A stretch of DNA of 64,000 bases from Octopus vulgaris (Eukaryota). Below, one piece after another: positions 50,830 to 64,000 of the stretch (position 1 is the stretch's first letter; the number at the start of each line of letters is the position of its first letter). The notes below the pieces were generated by a model. It was not told the origin of the DNA. It did not search any database and was given only the letters and a program-made list of their open reading frames with translations. The stretch is from positions 148,366,001-148,430,000 of the forward strand of contig OX597817.1 in assembly GCA_951406725.2 (NCBI GenBank). Direction: 5' to 3'. Both the position numbers and the translations under genes were made by a program.

Positions 50830-51460
50830 ATCCGCAGTGTACGGAGATGTTGCTACAGATCCTGAGTACCAAACGTGGTTTCAAGATATCGAACTAATAT
50901 ATTTTTAGGGACCCACCAACTGAAATTAACACCGACTAGATGAAGATATTAGTTGACGACGAACCCCGTAATACGACCTGGATCATCGCAAATATGCTCC
51001 AAATATCCAAATCAAGTGTTCGAAACCATCTGTATCAACTTCGTTAAGTCAACAGCCTCGCCGTTTTTGTCCAACATCAACTGAATGAAGATAACTTCGC
51101 TGAATGTGTTCCATTTCCCATTTCTGATTCGTTGAACAAAATTAAAGAAGACAATTCATTTTTGAAGTGAATGGTGACGAGACGAAAAATAGATCGCCTA
51201 TAACAATGTGAAACCAAAGGATCACGAAGGAAGCGCAGCGAACTACATCAAACATACTCCCGAAGGGTGTTGACATTCACTAGCTTGCTCCAATGCGCAG
51301 AATCATTACTCCGGATGTTTACTGTGACCAACAACACAAATGGAATACAGCGATCCACCGAAGCGTCCAGCACTGTTAATCCTAAGGGTATTGCCTCTCA
51401 TCATAACAATGCTACAGTGCACACATATTGTTGACGTTACAGAAATTACTAGGCCTTGAC
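50830..51460 (+). mobile_element. Decayed mariner (DD34D-type) transposase
   Basis: IANMLQISKSSVRNHL..FVQHQL (WVPHEL-like)..FLK*MVT..IAYNNVK..DVYCDQ..HHNNATVH; third Asp not present. Confidence 0.75.
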
Positions 51461-51737
51461 TTTGTTTACAGCCGCCCAGCTTCCCCGTCCATCACCCCCC
51501 CACACACACACACACAAACCTTACGCCTTCAGAATTTTACCTGTTATAGTTTCTTCAAATTTCAGTGAACGGCAAATTTTCAGCTCTAAAGAGAGTAAAC
51601 CTTCATCTGGAAGAATTGTTCGCCAGCAAATACAAGAAATTCTTAGTTCTTTGACCAGGTTAGAATACACACATACACACACAAACACACACAAACACAC
51701 ACAGACACATATATATATATATGTATGTAAGCATGTA

Positions 51738-51777
<40 letters not shown>

Positions 51778-51866
51778 ATTGTATATATATATATATGTGT
51801 ATATAAATATATATAAATATATATATGTATATGTATATATGTATATATATATATGTATATTGATAC

Positions 51867-51927
<61 letters not shown>

Positions 51928-52232
51928 AATATATATATCAAACGGATGTGTTATTACACTATACCACATATACAAAAACAGCCACACCAACAATCCAACG
52001 TACATTCCTTATCAGCTTCCCCACGGATATCCTTATGGTTTCGACACCTGGGCTGTAGCATTCAATCTGGTGTTGTCAACATTACTAAAATAAGTGTTGT
52101 TTGGAAACAAACATACCAAAGAAATCACAACTTTCAAACACATTTACCCTATGTACAACAATATCGGTACCTAAATCGGTAAATATATATGTATAGGTAT
52201 ATGTATATATTTATGTGTGTATATATACACAC

Positions 52233-52281
<49 letters not shown>

Positions 52282-52287
52282 CATATA

Positions 52288-52441
52288 CTTTATTTAAAGC
52301 AGCAGAAAATTCAACAAAATCTGCTACTCTGAGTTTTTTGTTGCCGTTCATCAGACAGTTTTTGCTAAAACTGTCTGATGAACGGCAACAAAAAACTCAG
52401 AGTAACAGATTTTGTTGAATTTTCTGCTGCTTTAAATAAAG
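52288..52441. repeat. 75-bp near-perfect palindrome of hammerhead-bearing pseudo-LTR
   Basis: Arms 52288-52362 and 52367-52441, 4-nt loop, 1 mismatch; CTGT CTGATGA ... ACTCAGAGTA ACAG at 52371-52408. Confidence 0.9.
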
Positions 52442-52513
52442 CATATTACTCTACCACTGGTATTTGAGTACTCTTTTTTCCACCTTGTTTCACATTTATG
52501 TGTTTACTCCGGT

Positions 52514-52544
<31 letters not shown>

Positions 52545-52713
52545 GATAGATAGATATATACAGAGTATGGGGGTCTAGTTCACAAGTGATCTAAACGATT
52601 AGGTACGCTAGGTAAGTGCTGTAACGGATTACTGGGACTCCAAGGTTATAGCCAGAACGGTATTTATGGAGCTATTGCAGCTTTTCGAGGCAGTGGATAT
52701 ATAATTGTTAAAT

Positions 52714-53397
52714 AGGGCAGTAAATATTAAGGCAAGTCAAACATCTCAATTCGTATACGATATTATTATAGGAAAAAATTCAAAATCTTACAGCTGTTTC
52801 TGTGATATCGCGGAGTATGGGATATCCCGTCATTAGAGAGAAGCAGGGGTGAGAAAATAAGGAAAATGAGTATGGTATATATTAATAAGATAATGACATA
52901 GAGGGAGGGAGTTAAAAAATAAGATGGAAAGAAACAAGAAAAAAGAAGCATAAAAGTTTAAAGTTCAAATTTCCGAAGTTATACAAACCAGACCATGAAT
53001 CCTCAGGTGCAATTCTGAGTAGATCCATGAGCGTAATTCCATGGGTGCAACCCTGCGTATATCCATGTGGATTAAAATCGTAATATTGTTGACATCCCAA
53101 GAAAAAATACGCTCTGGTTTCTATAACTTCGGAAAATTGAACTATGTACTCTTATGCTTCTTTTTTTCTTTCTTCCCATATCCTCATTCTTTTACTCTCT
53201 TCGAATATGTTGTCATCTTATTAACATATACATTCTTATTTTCATTATTCTACCCCTCTATTTGGCTCTGATGCCGGAATATTCCATACTCGGGGATATC
53301 CCATAAACAGCAGTAAGATTTTCAATATCTTCCTTTCTTCCTGTAGTAATATTGCATATAACTCGAGATGTTTGCCTCGTCTTAATGTTTACTGTCC

Positions 53398-53398
<1 letters not shown>
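52714..53398. repeat. Old ~280-bp inverted repeat with a decayed hammerhead in each arm
   Basis: Arms 52714-52992 and 53113-53398; motifs at 52787-52838 (-) and 53266-53317 (+). Confidence 0.8.
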
Positions 53399-53446
<48 letters not shown>

Positions 53447-53458
53447 GTAGTATATATA

Positions 53459-53673
53459 AGAAAGGGTGTTGAAAAGTTCCTGGCTTTAAGGATATCGCGG
53501 AAGGGCTGGTCGAAAGCCAAACCTCCGAGTTCTTTTACAGGTTTTCTGAAAACTGAAGGACAGCTGCAATAAATGCGTAAATCTGAGAGGGAAATATATT
53601 GCATAAAATCATAATTAACCGATTCTCTTTATTTTCTTTTACCCAAAACCAGGAACTTTTCAACACCCCTCCC
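53459..53673 (+). mobile_element. Mariner-derived MITE
   Basis: TIRs GGGTGTTGAAAAGTTCCTGG / CCAGGAACTTTTCAACACCC; interior encodes a CNKCVNLRGKYI transposase-tail-like peptide. Confidence 0.85.
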
Positions 53674-54475
53674 ACATACACACACACATACACATACGCC
53701 AACATATATATTCAAGATAAAGTTTTAGTGAAGAGTCATCGAAAATTTTATTGAATTGTCGATTGCGTACCACCTGTTATGAAATAATACAGGCTACGCC
53801 AAAATATTGTTACCCACCGCTGGTCTATTCTCCAACCTTTTCCTGTGAAACATTGGTCTAATAAATGACACTACAAAATCGGTGCCGAGGCAGATCAATA
53901 TCAGTAAGTATTTAGCATAGGTATAGTTTTAACTGAAATACCTAATAAACCAATTTGTATAGGAGTTCAAAATAATCCAAAGATGCGTAACAAAAAACAA
54001 CGAATAAAAATAAAATGACATGAAAATAATGTACTCATTGTAAAATAATTGGCTTAAATCGATTTTTAGAAAATAATTGCTTGAAAGAAGGATAGCAATT
54101 TAAGATACATGGGTTTATTGTTTCTGTCAATATGTCAGTCTTTATTCATTCGCTGTCAATCTGTTATTTCTGTCAGTCAAAACTGTCTAAATTGTTGTTT
54201 CAAATTAAAAGTTTTATTTTGATTTAAAGGCAAACACATAACTTTGCTATAAAGAAAATCGACTTTACTTTTTATTACTCTCTTCCAAACAAACATCACT
54301 TTGAACATGTAAAGTCTCCTCTCTGTCTCCCCGCACTCTCGCCTTTCCCCCACTCTCTCTCTGTGAACATACGTATATATACATTAAGGAATATTTATAG
54401 ATGTATGTATATATGTGTACGTGTATAAATATATATATATATATCTTAATATATAAATGTGTGAGCATGTGTTTG

Positions 54476-54529
<54 letters not shown>

Positions 54530-57500
54530 CAGACAGAGAGAGAGAGGGTGAGGGAGCGTGAGAGAGGGAATGAAAGCGAGAGAACTATATTAAAATACTT
54601 GATCGTCGATAAAATTGAAAGAATAATATTGATTTCGCATTGATACATACGACACACATTTATAAGGAAGGGAAATTAGATTACGTGATATTTATCCGTT
54701 TTCTAAAGGGAGAAAGATTAGTGAATTGACAACACACACACCAATACTAAACAACTCACCAGTTTAGCCCGAGAACTTTCGTCTGGCTATACACAACCCG
54801 GTCTACTATTCTCTAATATTCAAGAAAGCTTAGCAGTTGTGTATATAAAAATGTATTAGATATATAGGGTTCACGTGTTAGTAACGCAAAAACTAATTAC
54901 CAATATTGTCCAGCACTGTTTGCAAGAAAAAATGTTTCAATACTCCTTTCATTGGCTTATATGAATTCGGTGAACATTGGATTATGTACATAAAGATATA
55001 TGTATATGTATACACATATACATATGTGTGTGTGAATGTGCGCGCATGTGTGTTAGTGTTTCTGTGTGTGCGTGTGTGTGTGTGTAATATCATGGTGTGG
55101 CTTTACCAACAAAGATTCATGAAATGTGAATCTAGCCATGTTATGAGACTTAGCTGGAATTTAACGGAGCCAGCACACAAAACACTGGCCCAGTAGCCGC
55201 GCTAGATATAAGTGGAATTCTGCTTTAGGTTCGATGGTGCTAAGTAATTGACGTTATTGTTCTCTCTCATTTTCATTTTACCCCGAAGGCTTACATTCTC
55301 AATGGAAGGTAGAGACTGGAGAAAAATGCATTTATTAGAATCTGAACTTATGGAATATTTTCGATATATTCACATATGATTCTAATATCTTAATGATGCC
55401 GCTTCTTTCTGTTCGTATAAAGCCCTGAATCTGAAGGGTTGTGCTACTGCACTTAATTACGTAACCAACAGCCCCAATAACTACAATTATGAATCTAAGC
55501 TTTTATTTCTGTGTAGTATCTACAGATTTATCTTTAGTTCTGGACAAATGATTTTCTTTACGTTTTAATATGATGTTCACTTTTTGCTTAGTAAGAAACC
55601 CCTACGAACGTAAAATACTTTCTTTGCTCAATTCCAGAACACTACACCTGGTTGAATATGCTTTGACTTTCCAAAAGCTCTCACTGGGTCATTCCACCAT
55701 TATTTTTTCATAAGTAATGCATCGTTGTAACATTCTAGATTTAAATCTTTGATTGTTTCTTCTAATGGTTTGGTCAGGCACAATATTAATTTTTATCGGA
55801 AGATAGTGTAAGGATCGTATTATTAAACGTCTATTTACTATTCGATTACATCGTCCATGTTAACTCTGTACGCAGTTATTCTGTACGCATCTGAGTGTTT
55901 TAATTTCACACGTATGCCTTTTGTGCATTTTCTTCTTCCTTGATTGCGAAAACATACTACTGAAAGTGAGAACTGATATAATGGATGGTAATCCAATTAA
56001 TTTGACATTAGATATCTGTGTTACTATCAGTTTGAACATTTCTGATAACATAGCCATGCATGGTCTTATGAAAAACAGAAGCATTTCCGCTGGTGTTTCA
56101 TAGAAAGAAAGCAGTATAATTTCCCTTGTGTATCATTCGTTATCTTTTGAGCCGCTCTACAAATCACATGATAATATTTACTTTATGCATTCATACTTTA
56201 ATCCATGGAAACATCTCAAAACTTCACGAATTGATGATGTTGTCAACATTCATATGATGCAACAATGAATTGATGATATTTCTGTCATTTTTATAGTAAT
56301 CGTGTTCTAGGCATTCACGCCAGGTTTGTCCACACAGAAGCTATGCGTTGGGTTGGCGTTTCTGTCTTCCTGTGAGAATTTTGCAGGTTTTCATAACAAG
56401 GACAAGCAGTTCACTGAATAATTAAACAGCATCTCAGAGGAACTAGTGACATATACCTCTCTTATACTGCAGTACTGTGCCCTATATGCAACGATAAAAT
56501 CACTTCCAGTGATAATCTCAGAGCAATGGTCCAGGATAACGGTAACGTTTTTTTAAGGCTTTGAAAATGATCTTTGGATTTTCGCACATCGAGTCTCCTG
56601 TAGCAACTCCGAGTAAGTGAACTGAGTCAAATATATACCTTCGTGATAAACACAATTCGTCATCTACTACTGTACCAATGGCATCAGAAGTTTGTTGATC
56701 AGAATTTCATCGACTCATATCCAGCCTCTACGGTGATATCGTACCTCACCCAGTGACCCTAGATAAATAGGTTCAGACAAGTTCTTTACGTTTTCATTAA
56801 TTTTTGGCATCTAATCGATCGATAAATTATCGTCATGACATTTTTTCGCATTAGATTTGTTTCTAACAACGTCATCCAATTTGTCTTTAAAATTCCATAA
56901 AATGTTTACTGGTAAAAATACTCAAAATGACCGACAATAAACAAGCGTCCGACAATTCTGTACCTTCTTGTAGATTTCTTTCTATTTTGGTCATTTAATT
57001 CACCGCTGCGATGTCGCCGCTGCAATGTCACGATTGCAGAAGTACTAGCTTTGATACTCTAAGATTTAATACAGGAAAAATATTTATTTGGAATTTCTGC
57101 TATTAACGCTATATCATATTTAAAGTCTTTTCCTTACTCCAGATATTTTCATTAGAATGACTCCATGTTTTCCTCAAAATAGTTTGCTCTCTTCTTGATA
57201 ACCAGTTCATATCACTCTAAACAGTTGATTGGTTTCAAATACATTTTTAACTCCTTTTTTTTTTTTTTTGCTGTTACAATTTTCTGATACCTGATATTTT
57301 TCATTCTCAGCTTTTGCTGCCTGTGTGAGGATGATAAATTCATACCCAAGTATTCTCTTTTGCTACTATAAAGATTGCATCGATTTTCCCTCGTTTCTTG
57401 GAAGAGTCAGTGTTAACATATTAAAAGAATCACTCATAACTGTTAGTCTCTTGTAAATCAACAATCTAATTTGTTTGCATTTTTTTGTATCATTTTCGCA

Positions 57501-57576
57501 CTTACTTTTATCCTTTTACCTGTTTACTTTAGACTCTCAAATATATTGTTCTATATTTTAGAGATGAGAAATGATG

Positions 57577-57660
57577 TACATTATTTAAATTTGACAGATA
57601 TTTGACGTCCTGTTAACAACAAACAATGAGGACAAATATCCGTCAAATGTAAATAATGTA
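57577..57660. repeat. 28-bp inverted repeat
   Basis: TACATTATTTAAATTTGACAGATATTTG / CAAATATCCGTCAAATGTAAATAATGTA, 2 mismatches. Confidence 0.8.
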
Positions 57661-58597
57661 TATAATGCTAAAATATATTGTTTCGAAGGTTTTTGAAATG
57701 CTTATAGACAAACATCAATTATCTAAAACAAAGATAACCTCTCTTTCATACACATTCACCTGATTGCTTTAATCATTGTTAAAAAATTATTGAGTCTCTT
57801 AACAATAGAAGACAAATATATTCTGTCCCGCAGTAAAAATTTTATTAACGAAATTACATTTTCTTGAAATATTTCACATAAAATACATATCAGCTATTTA
57901 TAACCGTTTTCCTTTCAGCTCGTAGAATATATGATATTATTTTATACGCAGAATTCCGTATTGTTAAAGCGGAAGTCTAGTCCGCTGTGACGCAATGTGT
58001 AATTTTTTTGGATAACTCAGTTGTTCGAAAATGTTTGCAAATTGTCTACATTTCAGAAATATAATTACAAACACCATTTAATTGTCTTATAAACACAAAA
58101 AGATGTTAGCTAAGGTAACTGTTTTATCTTGAAATAACTTAAGTTCAATGTGATCATTTCGTAATAAACTCGCCGTTTGTTCAGATAGACAAGAGGGGAT
58201 AATTTTCTAAGATTTATTTAAAATGTTAAAGAAAAATAAACTCTACAATTTCGTTTTCAACTTTACAACTAATACAATTCGACTTTCCTGCTTTTGATTC
58301 CTTCAGAGGTGTTGTCGTGACTGCAGACTCTGTTTATAGTCTTTCCAAATATTATGGTGGCTTCAAGTTTGAAAGGAATATCTTTACAAACATCACCAAG
58401 CGATATATTTCAACGCAGTTGTTCCGCTTCAGAACGTGGTTCATTGTTGTTGCCATGAATTTCGAAACAACGTTCATTGCAAATCAATGATGCTCCCATG
58501 TAATTTCCGCGAATACACTCCATGTATATCGATGTATGTATCATGTAAGCTTTTTGATATGTGTGTGTGTGAGCATGCGTTTGTGAGTATATGTATG

Positions 58598-58645
<48 letters not shown>

Positions 58646-58983
58646 TATATGCATGACTTTTGTATGTATATATATATATATATATGTATATATAAATATA
58701 TGCACATATATGTAGAAATGTATATGTGTAAATACGTATGTATATAAGCACATATGTGTGCATGTACGTATGTATGAATGTGTACAAGCATGTGTTCCCG
58801 CATATATAAATATATATGTATTTTTGTACATATGTACTCATACATATATGTATACGGTATTTATTCTCTATAATATGAAATCCGATAAGGCTATTTTACA
58901 AATGTGTCAGATTCTTGTGGTTTCTTTCTCTCTCAACGCATCACTCCCACTTTCTATATATATATATATATTCATGCATGGAC

Positions 58984-59042
<59 letters not shown>

Positions 59043-59207
59043 CTGTATGTGAGTCCGTGCGTAGATTTGTGCATCCGTATATATATTTATACATGTATAT
59101 TATATATGTAATATATAGTTACGTACACATTAACATACAGACACACCGCGTATATGCAATCACTTTATGTTTTTTGTGTATTCATATGTATGTAGACGTG
59201 GATGCTC

Positions 59208-59240
<33 letters not shown>

Positions 59241-59579
59241 ATACTATTGTAAAATCCACCCTCTGAACTTATTGAAAACCGAATGATCGGGAGGATTAAC
59301 TTTAATATATATTCTTGGCAGTGTATCAAATTCTTGGTGGTATATAGTAACGATTTCCCGCTTAATGTTGATAGCGACAAAAAAAAAGATTGGTTTTTAT
59401 ATTCCTAATTAAGAATTGATATCAGAAACAATGTCTATTGACAAATGTACAATTTTAATCAGAGATTTTTAATGATCATTCTTCAGTCTTCACTAATACA
59501 TCAAAACTTTCCTATGCGAATATTTAATTATTCTAAACACAACATACATTTAAGACGTTAATTAGTCTCGTCTACTGTT

Positions 59580-60050
59580 ATTTATTATTGCGGCCTCTCC
59601 ATAACTAACTTTGGTGTAAACAGGCCACTTCCATTTAATTTAAGTCCCCTGCGTGCATTTCCGCTTCTTGCCATCCCCATTGTCTTCCACACCACCAACA
59701 TAACAATAAACACTGTTTTTTTCTGGAAGATATTTTCGAGCAATGAATTTCTACGGAAAAATTCTAGTAGACGAAACATTCTGGTGTCCCAGAATCTTTA
59801 TTGCATATGAATCGAGTGTAATATAAACACGTTTTTGTCGTTAAGGAGATGTTCTCCTGTGACTTACACAACAGTGATTAACACATTCCCGTTCGAATCT
59901 GTCAGAACATAGCAAGAATAGATATTTAATTCATTGTTTTGATTCTCGCTGCTCACCGCGAGCACATCGACTTATTAACTTCTTGTAAGATCTTCAAAAT
60001 GTTAGACATTTAGATGTTTCTAAATTGGTATTGCAAACTAGCGATCAGAG
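59580..60050 (-). mobile_element. Possible very old Tc1/mariner fossil
   Basis: FIVMLVVW..GLKLNG resembles the VMVWG..GVKIN segment of maT/Tc1 transposases; weak. Confidence 0.3.
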
Positions 60051-60232
60051 ATCACTAACATTAATTTAGTAAATCTCTAATAACAAAAGAAACGGCTGGC
60101 AGATAGAAGATAGACATAGACACAGACAGATAGAAGACAGACAGATAGCTAGATAGATAGATGATAGATAGACCGATAGAAAGATAGATGGATAGACAGA
60201 CAGATAAATATATATATATATATATATATATG

Positions 60233-60301
<69 letters not shown>

Positions 60302-60322
60302 GTTTGATAGATAGATAGATAA

Positions 60323-61354
60323 GTTTCTTTATTGGCCACACAGAGCTGCACACAGATGGAACAAATTATAAGGTAGAGCTTTTCTTTTAGGGGATGAAAA
60401 AACAAAAGACAAAAAACAAAAGAAACAAAAGAAAGTGGCGTAGGTTTTCGATCAAAAGGGATCGTAAAAGGAAAAATGAAGAAGGAAAAAGAAGGAAAAG
60501 TAACAAAAGAAAAGAAAAACGAAAAAAAGAAGAAAAAAGAGGAAAAAAGGGGAAGAGAAAAAAAAAACGATCAATAGGGATCGTGTATCACAGTGTCATG
60601 ATGTATGGTGTAAAGGGGGAAGCAGATAAGGTTTATCCGTGGGAAGAAAAGCCTACGAAAAAGACCACGGTAACATCGGTCAATATTGTTATATGTTACC
60701 ACATTTGTTTTCAATTTCTGGGTTCATAGGATTATGCACAAGGTGGCTCCGTCATTCATAGGTGTCATCCTTGCTATATTCACCCATCTTTTTTTAAAAC
60801 ATTCGCTAGACAAATCTTGCCTCTGTACTCTCACTTTCCTTTTCAAGTGGTACTTGAAAAAATTGATGAGGAAAGTGTTTGTCTCCAATCCTTTCAGACG
60901 CGTCCACCAGACACATTCTTTCGCCATAGCCACAAGGATGATTGGAGGAAGGAGGCGTAACAATATTGACGATAGACTCAGCTGATAAACCGACACGTCC
61001 CACACGTGACAGCAGTTGTTCGACATAAGCCCACACGGCGGAAATTGCTGGACACTGCACGATTGCGTGCAGAACGGTTTCGTCGCTCTGACTGCATCTC
61101 GGGCAGGTCGGCCCCGTATTTCTCGAGCCGTGTCTGTAGAGCTTATCCCGAATGGGTAGCGCTTCTCGGTAGCACTGCCAGGCCAGGGATCTCTGAAAGT
61201 TGTCCATGGGCCCTGGCCCGAAAGTCGTCCCGAACAAGCGGGTCAGGTATTCCTCGTCGATGTCCAGGTTCGCCCCGAGCTCGTCGTTGTACCTCCCCTC
61301 CACTAATCCCCTATAGAATGCTTTTGTTGTGATGGAGTCACTCAAGGTCGACCC

Positions 61355-61355
<1 letters not shown>
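60323..61355 (-). mobile_element. Tx1/L1-clade LINE 3' ~1 kb inserted in (GATA)n
   Basis: zf-RVT-type motif [30 protein letters not shown], continuation to a stop at 60724, T-rich 3' UTR, AATAAA end; (GATA)n on both flanks. Confidence 0.88.
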
Positions 61356-61385
<30 letters not shown>

Positions 61386-61410
61386 AAAATAGATAGATAG
61401 ATAGATAGAC

Positions 61411-61486
<76 letters not shown>

Positions 61487-61491
61487 GGATG

Positions 61492-61578
<87 letters not shown>
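61356..61578. repeat. (GATA)n microsatellite, partner array at 60100-60320
   Basis: Direct reading. Confidence 0.97.
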
Positions 61579-61719
61579 TAGTTATCGATATAGATATGTG
61601 TTGACACACCCTTTCACAAAGCCTAAGACTAGAAAACAGAGGTCGCAATTATTTGCTTACATGGCGCTCAGTCTAAGGTTAACAATATGCATAAAGGAAG
61701 CGGGGGAAAAACACACAAT

Positions 61720-62330
61720 ATCCCACCCCAGAAAATAAGGTATTTTGAGAAAAATCAAAATATATCAACTTGATTATGGCTGGGTACTTCAAGTAGCTCC
61801 CTTTAGCTTCTATCATGGCATCAAGATGGCTCCAGAAACTGGCATACACGTTCTTCGCTGTGTCCTTGGGAAGATCGTGGAACACGTTGATCCTGCTCAC
61901 CATAATGTTCCAGATAGAGCGGCTAGTGTTTCCATCAACATTCCTCAGCATATAGTAATCTAAGGTATACCACTCGTAGGAGCTTAAAGGCCAGAAACTG
62001 GGGCTGATGAAGTCGTAACAATTCTCCGACAACCACTTTTGACCTTTTTCCGGAGGTATGGCAACAAGGCGAATCCTGCCGTCAGGTGTAGCAACAACTC
62101 GATCCAGCCAGGGATAGACCATATTTTCCAAAAGTTTCGCATAATCATCCGAATTATGCCTAAGGACTTGTTCAGTTTCAGGGATAAATTCCGGCATTCG
62201 GAGACATTTAGAACGACAATTGTGATACTTCTTCTGGCCACAGCTTCGTGTTTGCCGCTTAGCGTGTTCACGTAGCGTCATCCTGTTTCTACAATGTTCA
62301 CAGAGCATTGCGCAGCATCATGGTGTTAAA
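61720..62330 (-). mobile_element. maT/DD37D-like transposase fossil
   Basis: NSDDYAKLLENMVYPWL..QKWLSENCYDFISPSFWPLSS..LDYY..AMIEAKGSYL. Confidence 0.75.
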
Positions 62331-62794
62331 ATTTAATTAGCCAGCGTCAATCATCCCGATACAAGTAACTCTTTTCCAATATTTAAATATATTTCTGTCC
62401 TTCATGTCAATTCACTTTACTTTTTCTCAACCACAACTAGGCATGATAGCAACTCTACCAGCTTGTTGCCTTCTTCGTAGTATCAACAATGATATGCCAT
62501 ACTATTTCGAAGTATGAAAACTCGTTAAACAAAACATATTGACGTGAAATAAGTAGCAACAACAAATTTGATCGCCTCAACAAAACCGACTAATTGTTCT
62601 ATTCATAATCTTCAAAATTTTATAGACTCCTAAGCGGTCTTGATTCATGGTTGCTTAGCTACGTTTATATCACTTGATAGCCTAATGAGTGAAATTTATT
62701 ATCTACTTTATTATATTAATAGAAAGTTCTCATCAGCTTATAAATAAAGTTAATTGCCGATTGAATTTTGAATATTTTCTTTCGTTTAATTCAT

Positions 62795-63123
<329 letters not shown>

Positions 63124-64000
63124 CTTATTGACTTAAATTATTTGATTTATTTCTATTGGACCATATTATTAATAAATTAAATTTTGCTCTATTTTTATCT
63201 CCATTTCTTAGTCTATTTTTTATCCCATTACAAATATTAGTTAGTTAAATCTCTTAATTTCTTTTACACTTTAAAAATTAATTCTGCTAATCCCAGACCT
63301 ATCGTAGTGTATTGTGATGTGATATAATATATCAAAATAATATAATATAATATAGTGTAGTGTATTATAGTTTAGTATAATAATAATATAATTGTTTAAT
63401 TTCATTTAAAAACAACCCCATTTTTCTTTCCTTTCTAATGACCTCTTTGTAACCTGACAATCTATTAATAGTAACATTTATAAATAAAGAAATAAATTGT
63501 TGACCTCAGTTCGAATTTTGTTCTAAACAAACTTAGACTTTTTTGTTAGTATCAAATTCTGCCCATCCCCTTAGCTTCCCCTTTCCTTTCTCTTTGACAG
63601 CTTAAATAGCAGTAACTGATTAAATTCCTACCCCCTTCCTCCTCTTTCTGTGATTCTTGAAAATTTCATTAACAACCTGAACCACTACAATATAAGACTG
63701 TCATTTTGCTTCTCATTCGGATTCCCTGATATTCTCGCATGATTGTACCCTAAATCTCTCCACAAAACTGGATTATGAACTATAAGGACATACACAAATT
63801 TTGTAAGTTCAAGACTTTTTCATCGGATCTCCAAAAATCGAACTTATCTGCGATTCTTGTAAATTTCAATAACAATCTGTTCCTCTACACGATATGACAG
63901 TCACTATGTTTTTACTCAGACTTTCCTCTACATGATATGGCAGTCACTTTGCCTCTTACTCGGATTTTCAGAAATTTTGCATGACTGTATCCGAAAATTT

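Noticed and set aside
60394-60729. Lys/Arg-rich protamine-like ORF
   Set aside because: Antisense reading of the T-rich 3' UTR of the Tx1/L1 element.

Overview
AT-rich, microsatellite-dense eukaryotic intergenic or intronic DNA with no supportable intact host protein-coding gene. The repeat repertoire points to a coleoid cephalopod, probably Octopus; this is inferred from recalled SINE families, not from a database search. Almost all ORFs in the supplied track are translations of simple repeats. The window holds four classes of recognisable content. (1) More than 20 copies or fragments of about 5 tRNA-derived SINE families, several with clear target-site duplications (TSDs). (2) Decayed LINEs: RTE, CR1, and a Tx1/L1 element embedded in (GATA)n. 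(3) Penelope-like RT and GIY-YIG fragments plus many pseudo-LTR pieces. (4) Tc1/mariner fossils of three lineages (DD34D-type, DD37D, DD41D), a MITE and a non-autonomous Helitron. The most notable unannotated layer is at least six sequence-distinct type I hammerhead-ribozyme motifs. They have palindromic stem III (dimer-type), several have a non-canonical core, and they sit in inverted or tandem pseudo-LTR arrangements. One near-intact hammerhead (5169-5243) bounds a 534-nt retrozyme-like unit. All structures were read by eye; no folding or database search was run.
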